Source: an uncultured Chloroflexota bacterium (lineage in GTDB: Bacteria; Chloroflexota; Anaerolineae; Promineifilales; Promineifilaceae). From it: a DNA stretch of 64,000 nucleotides. The stretch's first letter is position 1. Each line of letters opens with the position of its first letter. This document shows, in pieces, positions 8,952-17,320 of the stretch. The DNA lies in the NCBI GenBank assembly GCA_900696625.1, contig CAADGU010000415.1:3875-67874 (forward strand), given 5' to 3'. The notes under the pieces were generated by a model, which worked only from the letters and a program-made list of their open reading frames with translations, was not told where the DNA came from and ran no database searches. The position numbers and the translations under genes are program-made.

Positions 8952-9105
8952 GCGGTGGGCAGTGAGCGGTGAGCAGTGAGCAGTGAGCGGTGGGCAGTGA
9001 GCGGTGGGCAGTGAGCAGGTGAAAGGGTGACAAGGTGAGCTTTCAATCTCCCAATCTCTAATCTCCAGTCTCCCAATTACCAAATTACTCAATTACTCAA
9101 TTACC
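8947..9105. repeat. long short-unit array: (GTGAGCR/GTGGGCA)n, then (AATCTCY)n, then (AATTACY)n
   Basis: Read directly: gtgagcggtgggcagtgagcggtgagcagtgagcag... caatctcccaatctctaatctccagtctccc aattaccaaattactcaattactcaattac. Lies between the convergent pcm gene and the 9110 gene. Confidence 0.8.
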
Positions 9106-9109
9106 CTCC

Positions 9110-9775
9110 TCAAAACGGCCACAGCGATAAAATTAGAATGGCGGCGGCGGTGATGGTGAGGTTGTCCAGGCCCCAGATGGAGACGGCTTCGATGAGGGTG
9201 GTGACGACGGTGACGGTAAGGGCGGGGGCGATGGCTTGCAGGGGGGTGATGACCGGCGAGCCGGGAATCATCCACAAGGCCAGCCAGGTAAAGATCAAAC
9301 AGGCCACAAAAAAGCCCAGTGAGCCTTCGTAGGTGCGGGTGTGGGAAGCGACAATGTAGTGACGACGGCCGTAAGCCTTACCCACCACCGGCGCCATGCC
9401 ATCCCCCCACGTCAACGGCATCAAGGCGGCTACCATCAGCGGTGGTTGATCCCAGAACACCAGCGCCACCACCCCGGCTGCCAACGGAAAGTAGACCGTG
9501 CCCAGGTTAGAGCGGTCGCTGCTGGCCATGGCCGCAAAAAAGCCGTAGCGCCAATCCAGCAGGTTGATGATCATAAAAGCGACACAGGCAGCCACAAACG
9601 GCCAGGGATTATCAAAGAGGAAATGTAAAAACCAGCTCATCATGCCCACGCCAATGTGGATGACCTTGCGCGTAAAGCCGCTGCCATAGCCGCGCCAACG
9701 ACGCAGCCCTTCGGCCAGACCGATGATGGCAAAGACGTAGGTGAGACAGATGATGAAGCCGAGGAAATTGTTCAT
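9110..9775 (-). CDS. CTP-dependent polyprenol/phytol/diacylglycerol kinase-like membrane protein (CDP-alcohol / DolK-like family)
   Basis: 221 aa and polytopic. 'FTRKVIHIGVG' and 'GDGMAPVVGKAYGRR' motifs are typical of this family. Confidence 0.6.
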   Translation of the reverse strand: MNNFLGFIICLTYVFAIIGLAEGLRRWRGYGSGFTRKVIHIGVGMMSWFLHFLFDNPWPFVAACVAFMIINLLDWRYGFFAAMASSDRSNLGTVYFPLAAGVVALVFWDQPPLMVAALMPLTWGDGMAPVVGKAYGRRHYIVASHTRTYEGSLGFFVACLIFTWLALWMIPGSPVITPLQAIAPALTVTVVTTLIEAVSIWGLDNLTITAAAILILSLWPF

Positions 9776-9780
9776 GGGTG

Positions 9781-9827
9781 TCAGGTGTTCAGGGGTTCAG
9801 GTATTCACGTAAACACTTGAATACCTG
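9781..9827. repeat. GTTCAGG-type units plus a 10-bp-stem hairpin downstream of the PfkB kinase gene
   Basis: tcaggtgttcaggggttcagg, then caggtattca (9798-9807) / tgaatacctg (9818-9827). Confidence 0.5.
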
Positions 9828-9834
9828 GACACGA

Positions 9835-10764
9835 TTACACGATGAGATGTTCATACAGCATATCCAGGCTGAGGTCGGGGACGACGGTTTCGTTGGTTTG
9901 CAGCGTCAGGCTGGCGGCAGCCGCGCCCAGGCGAATGGCTTCGCGGGGCGGCAGGTCGTTGAGCAGGCCAAAGATGATGGCCGCGGTAACGGCGTCGCCG
10001 GTGCCGGTGCTGTCTACCATTTCCGAGTAGGAAGGGGGCACATAGCCCGTTTCATCAGAGGTGGCATAAACCAGGCCAAAGTCAGAGAGGGTGACGACAC
10101 TGTTTTTCACGCCCATGCGCAGCAGGCGTCGCGCTAAATCCAGGCTGGCGTCGGGATCATACCCTTCATAATCACATTGACATAATTCGGCGGCTTCGGC
10201 TTCATTGGGTACAACCAGGTGGAGATTGGGCAGGTACGGCCGTAACTTATAAGCCAATCGCGCCGAGGACGGGTCCGCACAGAGGGGGACGTTGTATTTT
10301 TCACATAGAGTTACGGCCGTTTTCATGGCATCCGGCGTCAGGCTGCCATCCACCATCACCAGGGCCGCTTCCTTGAACAGGCGGCGGTGGTAATAGAGGT
10401 AGACGGCCGTGATATGCTGCATCACTCGCACATCATCCAGCGCCACCGCCAGCGAACCATCCTCTTCCAGCACCGCCATATACGTGCCGGTACGCTCGCC
10501 GGCGACAACCTGCACATTGGTCACGTCCACGCCCGCCTCGGCCGTTTGCTCCACCAATTGATTACCGATCAGGTCATCCCCGATAGCGGAGAGCAGCACC
10601 ACTTCCGCCCCCAGACGGCCCAGATTTTCGGCCACATTGCGGGCGGTGCCGCCGCGCGTCACCCGGATCACCGCCGGATTAGACGTATAGGGTTCCAGGC
10701 CGGCTTCTGGTTTGCCTTTGGTATCCAACAGGGTGGCCCCCACCACAAGCACATGATCGCCCAT
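9835..10764 (-). CDS. PfkB-family carbohydrate/nucleoside kinase (ribokinase-like)
   Basis: 'VLVVGATLLD', 'GGTARNVAENL', and C-terminal 'DSTGTGDAVTAAIIFGL'. ATG 10764 is preceded by GGAGGAG (the ORF opens at GTG 10776). Confidence 0.8.
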   Translation of the reverse strand: MGDHVLVVGATLLDTKGKPEAGLEPYTSNPAVIRVTRGGTARNVAENLGRLGAEVVLLSAIGDDLIGNQLVEQTAEAGVDVTNVQVVAGERTGTYMAVLEEDGSLAVALDDVRVMQHITAVYLYYHRRLFKEAALVMVDGSLTPDAMKTAVTLCEKYNVPLCADPSSARLAYKLRPYLPNLHLVVPNEAEAAELCQCDYEGYDPDASLDLARRLLRMGVKNSVVTLSDFGLVYATSDETGYVPPSYSEMVDSTGTGDAVTAAIIFGLLNDLPPREAIRLGAAAASLTLQTNETVVPDLSLDMLYEHLIV

Positions 10765-10806
10765 CGTCTCCTCCACAGCTTCTTGAGGGGACTGACCCTT
10801 TACCGA

Positions 10807-11931
10807 TCAGTCCACCATCTGCTTTGCCGGCCGCCACAGGCCAACCACAATGCCAATAATCTTCTCTAAATCTACCACATCTTCCCGACCTTCGGGAGTG
10901 AGGAAAATTTCTCCCGTTTCCGGGTTGCGCTTAAACGACCAGCCTTCGCCGCGCGACTCCCGCAGGTAAATGCGATAACCTTGTGTTACCTGCTCAGAGG
11001 GATGCGGTCGCAAATGTATTGTACTCCCACTACCAGATTGGCACACAATGACAATGGGTTGTTCTTCGGTATGAGCTAAATCACTTTGATCCGGCTGCAT
11101 AAAAACCAGCAGCCAATCTTGTGAATGAATTTGGGGAATAAAACCATCTGTTTGCCGGCGTTCCACCAGATACCAGCGGTAACGGCCGTCTACCTTCACA
11201 TGACCATCAATCGGCAGCGGATCATCAGACAAATTGGTACGCGGCGGCGGCGGCTCATAGCTCTCGTCGGAATCTTGCGGGGCCTCAGCCGCCGTCGTTG
11301 CTTCATCGGCTGGGCCGGGCTGGCTCTCTGCCTCAGGTGCAGGTTCCACCTGGCCCGGTTCCACTTCTGCCGGTGGGCGCTGGCGCATTTTCGCGCTGAA
11401 AAATTCTTGCGCTTCGCGCAGGCATGGCTGTATGCGGGCATAGAAGTTCATCTGCACGCTGGTTGGCTGTGACATGCGCTCCAAATAACGCCGGGCTTTG
11501 CCAAAACTGACCATAGCCGCTTCGTCATGATCCCCCAATCCCTGGGCAAAGCCGCGACCCAGCAAAGAAAGGCTCATGTCCGCCACCTGCCCATGATCCA
11601 TTGACCAATGCCGCCAGGCCATCTCAAACTGTTTTTCGGCCGCGTAACACTCACCCCAATAGAGATAAATGAGGCCAACGTGGAACTCATTCAAACCACT
11701 TTGCCGATAATCGCCCAGCGCGCGATTGATGCGCTGCGATTGTTCAATGTCCCGAATAGCTGCCAGGTTCATGTTTTCATGTAATTTATACCGGTATTGC
11801 AGCGAATTCAGGGTAAAAATATCCGGCGTGGGGTCTGGGTGCAGGATTTCCAGCAGCTCTTGCAAACAATGGACAGCCACACGGGTTTGGGGGTTGTTGT
11901 TGTAGGATTTGGATGATCCCGCGCTGCTCAT
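10807..11931 (-). CDS. hypothetical protein: helical/TPR-like N-domain, acidic Pro-rich linker, C-terminal beta-barrel (LexA/S24-fold-like by eye)
   Basis: 374 aa. The start ATG overlaps the upstream stop (ATGA at 11928-11931). No catalytic motif recognised. Confidence 0.6.
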   Translation of the reverse strand: MSSAGSSKSYNNNPQTRVAVHCLQELLEILHPDPTPDIFTLNSLQYRYKLHENMNLAAIRDIEQSQRINRALGDYRQSGLNEFHVGLIYLYWGECYAAEKQFEMAWRHWSMDHGQVADMSLSLLGRGFAQGLGDHDEAAMVSFGKARRYLERMSQPTSVQMNFYARIQPCLREAQEFFSAKMRQRPPAEVEPGQVEPAPEAESQPGPADEATTAAEAPQDSDESYEPPPPRTNLSDDPLPIDGHVKVDGRYRWYLVERRQTDGFIPQIHSQDWLLVFMQPDQSDLAHTEEQPIVIVCQSGSGSTIHLRPHPSEQVTQGYRIYLRESRGEGWSFKRNPETGEIFLTPEGREDVVDLEKIIGIVVGLWRPAKQMVD

Positions 11932-13262
11932 GGGGGGCTGCCTTCTTCAGGGTTTTCAGGCAATAAGGGGTTAGCGGCCAACGCTCTGGCAGCCAGATCG
12001 CTGCGCAGTTCATCCAACTCGGCCAGCAGGGTGAGGGCATCCGGTTTTTGGCGCGATTGTTCGGCCATGCGCTCCAGCCCTTCGATCAGGCGTAGGGCGA
12101 CGATTTCACTGGTGCGGGTAGTGGCGCCGCTGCGCCGGGCGCGCTGGATGCCTTCCAAAATGGCCTGAATCATGGCCACTTCGGCTTCGGCGCGGGCGAT
12201 TTCAATCTCTTCTACGGCCGTTGCCTCGCCATCCGCCTTACTCAACCGCACTCTTTCTTGCCAGTGGGTGCGCCAAAAAGCAATGTACTGCGCTTCCACA
12301 TCCGGCGGCGGCTGTATCCGGTCAATATGCACCGAAAGCAGATCAATGCCCGCGTTAGCCAGTTCCGCGCGGGCCGCGCGCCACACCCCGCGCTGCAAAG
12401 TGCGGTACGGCTCATCGGTGCGGCCCGGCGGGTGCATCAGTTCATCCAGCCGGAGCCGCTCCACCGCCGCCGCCAGTCTGGCACGGGTGGTACCGGCCGG
12501 TCGGCTGTCCCAGGTGGCAGCAGCTCCGGTCGCCAGCACCGTTTGGGCATACGCCGCCGCTCTCACGGCCGCTTCGTCATAGGGATACGGTTTCGTTTTG
12601 CTGGGCTGTTCATCCCCCGTGCGAATGCGGTAGACGATGCTGAAGGTGACGGTCAGGTCAATGTTGTCCCTGGTACGCACCACCGCATCGGCAACTACCC
12701 GTTCCTGAGGGCGCAAATCGAGTACGGTGTGGACGTATTCAAAGGGGCGAAGCTGGTAACTGCCGGCAGAGATTATGCGGGCAAAACGGCCGTTATCCTC
12801 CGTCACCGCCGCCATATAAGGTTCCACCTTCACTTTACCCGGCCCACCCACCCGCAGCAGCACCGAGTTCGGCCGTTCAATTTCCAGGGTGTGGGGCAGA
12901 AGCGGCGCTGCTTTTTCGCCGGAGTATTCAGGTGAACGTAGACGGCTGAGAAAAAGGGCGGCCTCATCCCTGGTAGGCAAATCATACAAACGCTGGATCA
13001 TGCCCACCGTGGCGCTGTAGGCAAACCACCAGCCGACTGCGATGGGCAAGAAGTGGCGCAAAATAACCACAAACAGGGTAATAAATTCCCAGATAAGGGC
13101 GGTGGGTGGCAGCAGCAAGACCTCCGCCAGCCACGCCCGTAAATTGATGCCTTCCAAAAGCCACACGATGACAAAATAGGCAGCGAGCAAGCCATAGAGG
13201 CCCAGCGTAAACCAGCGCTGGCCGTGGGAAACGCGGGGCGGGGGCGCGGGACGGTTGGTCAC
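11928..13262 (-). CDS. membrane protein with SPFH/band-7-like domain and C-terminal coiled coil
   Basis: 444 aa with N-terminal TM helices. '..GPGKVKVEPYMAAV..LDLRPQERVV..TRDNIDLTVTFSIVYRI' is an SPFH-like pattern. GTGA overlap with the upstream paralogue. Confidence 0.6.
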   Translation of the reverse strand: MTNRPAPPPRVSHGQRWFTLGLYGLLAAYFVIVWLLEGINLRAWLAEVLLLPPTALIWEFITLFVVILRHFLPIAVGWWFAYSATVGMIQRLYDLPTRDEAALFLSRLRSPEYSGEKAAPLLPHTLEIERPNSVLLRVGGPGKVKVEPYMAAVTEDNGRFARIISAGSYQLRPFEYVHTVLDLRPQERVVADAVVRTRDNIDLTVTFSIVYRIRTGDEQPSKTKPYPYDEAAVRAAAYAQTVLATGAAATWDSRPAGTTRARLAAAVERLRLDELMHPPGRTDEPYRTLQRGVWRAARAELANAGIDLLSVHIDRIQPPPDVEAQYIAFWRTHWQERVRLSKADGEATAVEEIEIARAEAEVAMIQAILEGIQRARRSGATTRTSEIVALRLIEGLERMAEQSRQKPDALTLLAELDELRSDLAARALAANPLLPENPEEGSPP

Positions 13263-14545
13263 GGCCGTGGGCCTCCCCCACCCTGCCCCGATGGCAGCAG
13301 CGGATCATCCAGCCGCGCCTGCATCTGCGCCGACGCATCGGCCAGCAGCCCGGCCATAATCCGGTGCGGCACCAGGGCGCGCGGCGAATCGGCAGCAACG
13401 GCCTCTTCCAGGGCATCAATCAGCCGCAGGATGATTACCTGGTTCAGTTCAGATTCCCCTTCCTGGCGCATCGCTTCCAAATTTTGGATGATGGTTTCAA
13501 TGATCTCAATTTGGGCGCGGGCGCGCGCCTGTTTCTTGCGGCGGATCACTTCGGCGTCAACGGTCGCTTTTTCGATCTCGATTCTGCGCTGCCACTCGGC
13601 CTGCCAGGTGGCGATGTTTTGCTTTCGGATTTCTTCAGGTAATTCGAGGGGGCCGACTCGGGCCGCCATGATCTGGATGCCTGACAGCGCCGGATCGCCC
13701 TGGATGGTTTGCAGGATGTGCTGTTCAATCTCTTGCAGGGGGGATACGGCCGTAGATGGATAATGAATGAGTGCATCCAGATTATACTGCGCCAGTTCCC
13801 GCACCAACTCGGCCGCCGCCCGTGGCGTCAGTTGCTCCGTCCACCCATATGATGTCCCTTCCATATTCACCGATTGCAGGTAACTGATCAGGAAAATGGC
13901 CTCTTTGTCAAATGGAAATAACAAATGGGCCTGCGACCGATCCGCTGCGTCTTGTTTCACCTGAAAAATCACCGTCACCGAAGTTTCCAGCGGAATACCA
14001 TCGCGGGTGCTGGCATGAACAGGCTGCTGGCGCAGTTGCACCCGCAAATCTATCACCTGGCGAATCTCTTCCTTGGCAAACAGGTCCACAAAACCTGGCC
14101 CGGCAGCGCGGATAAAACTATTGCCTTTGGTAATGGCCAACACCTGGTAGCTGCGTACAATCCCGGCGCGCATGGTAAACAGACTGATGGGAATATCGGC
14201 CCGCGGCACAACGGCGGCCGATGGCTGCCGTTTTTTATCATCAGGGCGCGGTTGGCGCACAAACTGAGTGGTCAGACCGGTGTAATGGCGCATGATCAGC
14301 CGCACCCCCTCCCACCAGCCCAGCCGGCTGCGCAAAGGGGCGGCAAACTGGGCAAAAAAAAGCACACCGAGGGTAAAGGTGACGCCGGTCACATACAACC
14401 AGATAAGCGACAAAGTAGCGCCAAAGGGATGGCCGCGCCTGTCAGCTAAAAAATAGGCCATCACCGCCAACCCAAAAGCCGCCAGGATAAAACCCAGCAA
14501 GCCCAATTCCGGTCGTTGACGCTTATTTTTCTTCTTCTTGCTCAA
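13259..14545 (-). CDS. membrane protein with SPFH/band-7-like domain (paralogue of 11928-13262)
   Basis: 428 aa. 'AAGPGFVDLFAKEEIRQVIDLRVQ..STRDGIPLETSVTVIFQV', and the same TM + SPFH + coiled-coil layout as its neighbour. Confidence 0.6.
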   Translation of the reverse strand: MSKKKKNKRQRPELGLLGFILAAFGLAVMAYFLADRRGHPFGATLSLIWLYVTGVTFTLGVLFFAQFAAPLRSRLGWWEGVRLIMRHYTGLTTQFVRQPRPDDKKRQPSAAVVPRADIPISLFTMRAGIVRSYQVLAITKGNSFIRAAGPGFVDLFAKEEIRQVIDLRVQLRQQPVHASTRDGIPLETSVTVIFQVKQDAADRSQAHLLFPFDKEAIFLISYLQSVNMEGTSYGWTEQLTPRAAAELVRELAQYNLDALIHYPSTAVSPLQEIEQHILQTIQGDPALSGIQIMAARVGPLELPEEIRKQNIATWQAEWQRRIEIEKATVDAEVIRRKKQARARAQIEIIETIIQNLEAMRQEGESELNQVIILRLIDALEEAVAADSPRALVPHRIMAGLLADASAQMQARLDDPLLPSGQGGGGPRP

Positions 14546-14692
14546 GGGTCACCCTATTTCCCCGGAAGTATTCAGTTTCCGGGGAAATCATAATGCAACT
14601 ATACCATAGCCCCGTTTTGGGCGGCAACCAACATTATGTCATTTTTTTGACGGCGATTGAAAGGGGGATATAATGTTGCCCGCTTCAAAAAA

Positions 14693-14766
<74 letters not shown>

Positions 14767-14826
14767 CCTGGCAGCAAAAACTGCCTCGTTCCTGCTAACT
14801 GTATTCAGTTGGTAAGGTGCGGACAA

Positions 14827-14868
14827 AAAACGCGCTGCCCTTGTCTCGTAAACTCGGCAGCGCGTTTT
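14827..14868. terminator. bidirectional-looking intrinsic terminator (downstream of xis on the minus strand)
   Basis: aaaacgcgctgcc (14827-14839) / ggcagcgcgtttt (14856-14868), flanked by A-runs and T-runs. Confidence 0.55.
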
Positions 14869-14872
14869 GTTT

Positions 14873-15082
14873 TTATTCAGATTTTTTAGTGCTGGCCAGC
14901 CGCTGCTGTTCAAAGGCTTCAATGTCCGACAAGGGGATGATGTAGGGGCTGGTTTTTGCTAACGGCCGTGACTTGTAAGCATTTGGGAATTCTCCGGCGC
15001 GGATCATGCGCCGGATTGTCATAGCAGATACACCCAATCGCTTTGCTGCATCAACCGCAGATATTGAATCTTGGTTCATCAT
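14873..15082 (-). CDS. excisionase-family helix-turn-helix DNA-binding protein
   Basis: 69 aa. 'ISAVDAAKRLGVSAMTIRRMIRAGEFP..YIIPLSDIEAF' matches the Xis/AlpA-type HTH pattern. Adjacent to attL. Confidence 0.7.
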   Translation of the reverse strand: MMNQDSISAVDAAKRLGVSAMTIRRMIRAGEFPNAYKSRPLAKTSPYIIPLSDIEAFEQQRLASTKKSE

Positions 15083-15197
15083 GACCGTTGCGTCTCCGTT
15101 CCTGTTGTGCTAGATGTTCAAACTATAGATGCATATTTTCATTTCGTCAATAGCAAAGATTTATTTAATTGCCAATATAAGGAGGAACAAAAATCAA

Positions 15198-16028
15198 ATG
15201 CGCAAACAACTTCTAGTTATTCTTCTTATTGCCCTTGTGGCAACTATTTTTGCCTGCTCGCCGGAACCTGAGACCGTGGAAGTGGAGGTGGAGGCCACAC
15301 GTGAGGTCACACGCGAGGTGGTGGTTACCGTAGAAGTCACGCGCCTGGTTGAAGTAACACCAGTAGCACCAACATCACTACCTGCGGCCTCTTTTGGCTC
15401 GGTAGAATGTGACGACTATACCGCCGCAGTGCGAGACTTGTCTCAACAGTGGTCAGACGCCTTCGACCTCGCATCGAGTACAGCACGTGTCTCTCTTGGG
15501 GACAGGGTGGCCGAGATGCAAGAGATCCGGCGCGAGATGTCAAGGCTAACCGAACCGGGGTGCGCCAGTCAGATAGAAGTCCAAGATCGGCTGGTTGAGA
15601 TGATGGATGCCGGAATCGAATTCTTCACTGAGTTCATGGCTCAAAACGACATTTCTGCGGAAAGTGCCCAATATGCCATAGCTGTTCACCTAACCCTTGA
15701 TGCTTTAGAGGCTCTCTATAATCATTCCACTAAACTGCCCAATCGAATCCATTACTACGCCCTGGGAACCACTGGGTTTTCCCTACGGTACGCAGATGAA
15801 AATGGGGAACTGATCACGCCGGAGGCAGGTCCCACAGAGCGATTCGGCTTTGATGATATGCCGGTCGTGTTTACCGCTCTTTTGCCCGAAGGGGAGACGG
15901 CTAAAGTAACCTTGTTTAACCCAACCAGCACAAGCGGGGATTTGACCTGTTTTATCCTGCTCAATGGAGAGGCCGTCGCAACCGAGACTCAAACAGCACA
16001 GACAACATGTGAGTTTGAAATCCCCTAG
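15198..16028 (+). CDS. lipoprotein of unknown function (moron-like, lower-GC island)
   Basis: 'MRKQLLVILLIALVATIFAC' is a signal peptide with a lipobox Cys. SD aaggagga lies 8-9 nt upstream of ATG 15198. Composition is visibly AT-richer. Confidence 0.6.
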   Translation: MRKQLLVILLIALVATIFACSPEPETVEVEVEATREVTREVVVTVEVTRLVEVTPVAPTSLPAASFGSVECDDYTAAVRDLSQQWSDAFDLASSTARVSLGDRVAEMQEIRREMSRLTEPGCASQIEVQDRLVEMMDAGIEFFTEFMAQNDISAESAQYAIAVHLTLDALEALYNHSTKLPNRIHYYALGTTGFSLRYADENGELITPEAGPTERFGFDDMPVVFTALLPEGETAKVTLFNPTSTSGDLTCFILLNGEAVATETQTAQTTCEFEIP

Positions 16029-16035
16029 ACAAACT

Positions 16036-16128
16036 ATGAAAAAAGTCATCTGGCCCATCGTCTGGCTGCTCACCGGCTTTGTGGCCGGGCTGCTGGTGGT
16101 GGCCCTGGTTTACTGGATTTTTTGGTAG
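16036..16128 (+). CDS. possible 30-aa single-TM peptide (MKKVIWPIVWLLTGFVAGLLVVALVYWIFW)
   Basis: Translated by hand. No clear SD. Lies directly after the lipoprotein gene. Confidence 0.25.
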   Translation: MKKVIWPIVWLLTGFVAGLLVVALVYWIFW

Positions 16129-16163
16129 TGGGGGTGGGTGGACGGCCGTGTTTGGAGGTGGCT

Positions 16164-16457
16164 ATGGCTCAACTGAATGAGAGGCAAAAGGATTTCTTGC
16201 GCTGGTGGGTGGGGGAAGAGACGGCCGGAAATGTGCCACGTGGCTTTGTTTCTGGCGCACGCACTTTGAAGGATGGTCTTCGCCTAGCTGTGCCTGGCCG
16301 GAAAGGGAGAGCGATAATGCCGGAGATTGGCGCGGCCGAGGTGGACGATCTGGTAGCCCGAAAGCTGCTGGCAATTCCTCTGGGACAAACGGATGTCTGG
16401 CAATTGACGCCTGCCGGTCGGCGGGCGGTAGCTGATGACTTCAAGCAGACGGACTAA
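16164..16457 (+). CDS. hypothetical protein
   Basis: ORF with an internal ATG at 16164 (MAQLNERQKDFLRWW..). No motif recognised. Confidence 0.45.
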   Translation: MAQLNERQKDFLRWWVGEETAGNVPRGFVSGARTLKDGLRLAVPGRKGRAIMPEIGAAEVDDLVARKLLAIPLGQTDVWQLTPAGRRAVADDFKQTD

Positions 16458-16761
16458 CGGCCGTCTGCGTTTCCGGCGCCGTCTCGGCGAACAACATCCA
16501 GCCCACGACCATCTCCCGTTGCAGGCGCACTTGCTGCACTCGCGTATCGGCTTTTTCCTCATAACGTCGGAGCAGGGCGCTGATGAGGAAGTTTAATGCC
16601 AACTGCAAGGGCGGCGGCGTTTCTGGCCCGGCTTGCGATTTCATAGCCACCTCGCCTGCGGCAAGTAGGGCATAGGCAGCTTCTTGCAGGGTGACGAAGT
16701 CGCCCGCGGCGATTTCGTCCAGATAAGTAGTGGAGATAGTTTTCGCGCTCATGCTCAGCAT
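16441..16761 (-). CDS. hypothetical protein
   Basis: 106-aa ORF convergent with, and overlapping by 17 nt, the 16164-16457 ORF. No SD seen. Confidence 0.4.
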   Translation of the reverse strand: MLSMSAKTISTTYLDEIAAGDFVTLQEAAYALLAAGEVAMKSQAGPETPPPLQLALNFLISALLRRYEEKADTRVQQVRLQREMVVGWMLFAETAPETQTAVSPSA

Positions 16762-16880
16762 GGTAACACGGCCGTATGCCCGTGTTCAATAGGCCAAAGA
16801 TACGGCCGTGTGTGGGCGTTGGCGCCGCGGCGATTGGTGACAAACCGGCGCGCCAGGCGCACGGCCGTGTCACCACCGTC

Positions 16881-16956
16881 ATTGATTCAATGATTCATTG
16901 ATGATGAATGATGACAATGAACATTGATCATTGATCATTGATCATCATCATCAATG
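16881..16956. other. AT-rich block built from ATGA/TCAT/TGATCAT units (three TGATCA sites)
   Basis: attgattcaatgattcattgatgatgaatgatgacaatgaacattgatcattgatcattgatcatcatcatcaatg. Strongly atypical for this GC-rich DNA. Non-coding. Confidence 0.8.
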
Positions 16957-16960
16957 CCCC

Positions 16961-17130
16961 GGATCAAATGATCCGCCACCTCTACCTCTGGTAAATGGCA
17001 TTTAGAGGCGGATCAAATGATCCGCCTCTACCCCCGGATCAAATGATCCGCCACCAGTGCCGGATCAAATGATCCGCCACCAGTGCCGGATCAAATGATC
17101 CGCCACCAGTGCCGGATCAAATGATCCGCC
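16961..17130. repeat. six iteron-like palindromic sites GGATCAAATGATCCGCC
   Basis: Copies start at 16961, 17010, 17036, 17062, 17088 and 17114, and the last four are spaced exactly 26 bp. Arms are CGGATCA/TGATCCG with a 2-bp spacer. Copy 2 has perfect 12-bp arms (agaggcggatca aa tgatccgcctct). Confidence 0.85.
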
Positions 17131-17320
17131 ACTGTCGCACAGTATTGTGCGCCACACAGTATAGGAAAAACGGTCGTTTGGCGGGGCAACGGCCGATGGG
17201 TGGGAAGCTGCTGGCGTGAGCAAAAAACCCCTCGGCCGTCTCATTCAACGGCCGTAAACGGCCGTGTAAGCTGTGGGCAACGGGTTATGAGAATCACACT
17301 TTGCAAAGTTGGGAGATGTT

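Noticed and set aside
16961-17130. Regularly spaced repeats considered as a CRISPR array
   Set aside because: The period is only 26 bp with a constant 9-nt linker (no unique spacers). There are only six copies and no cas genes or leader. Protein-binding iterons fit better.
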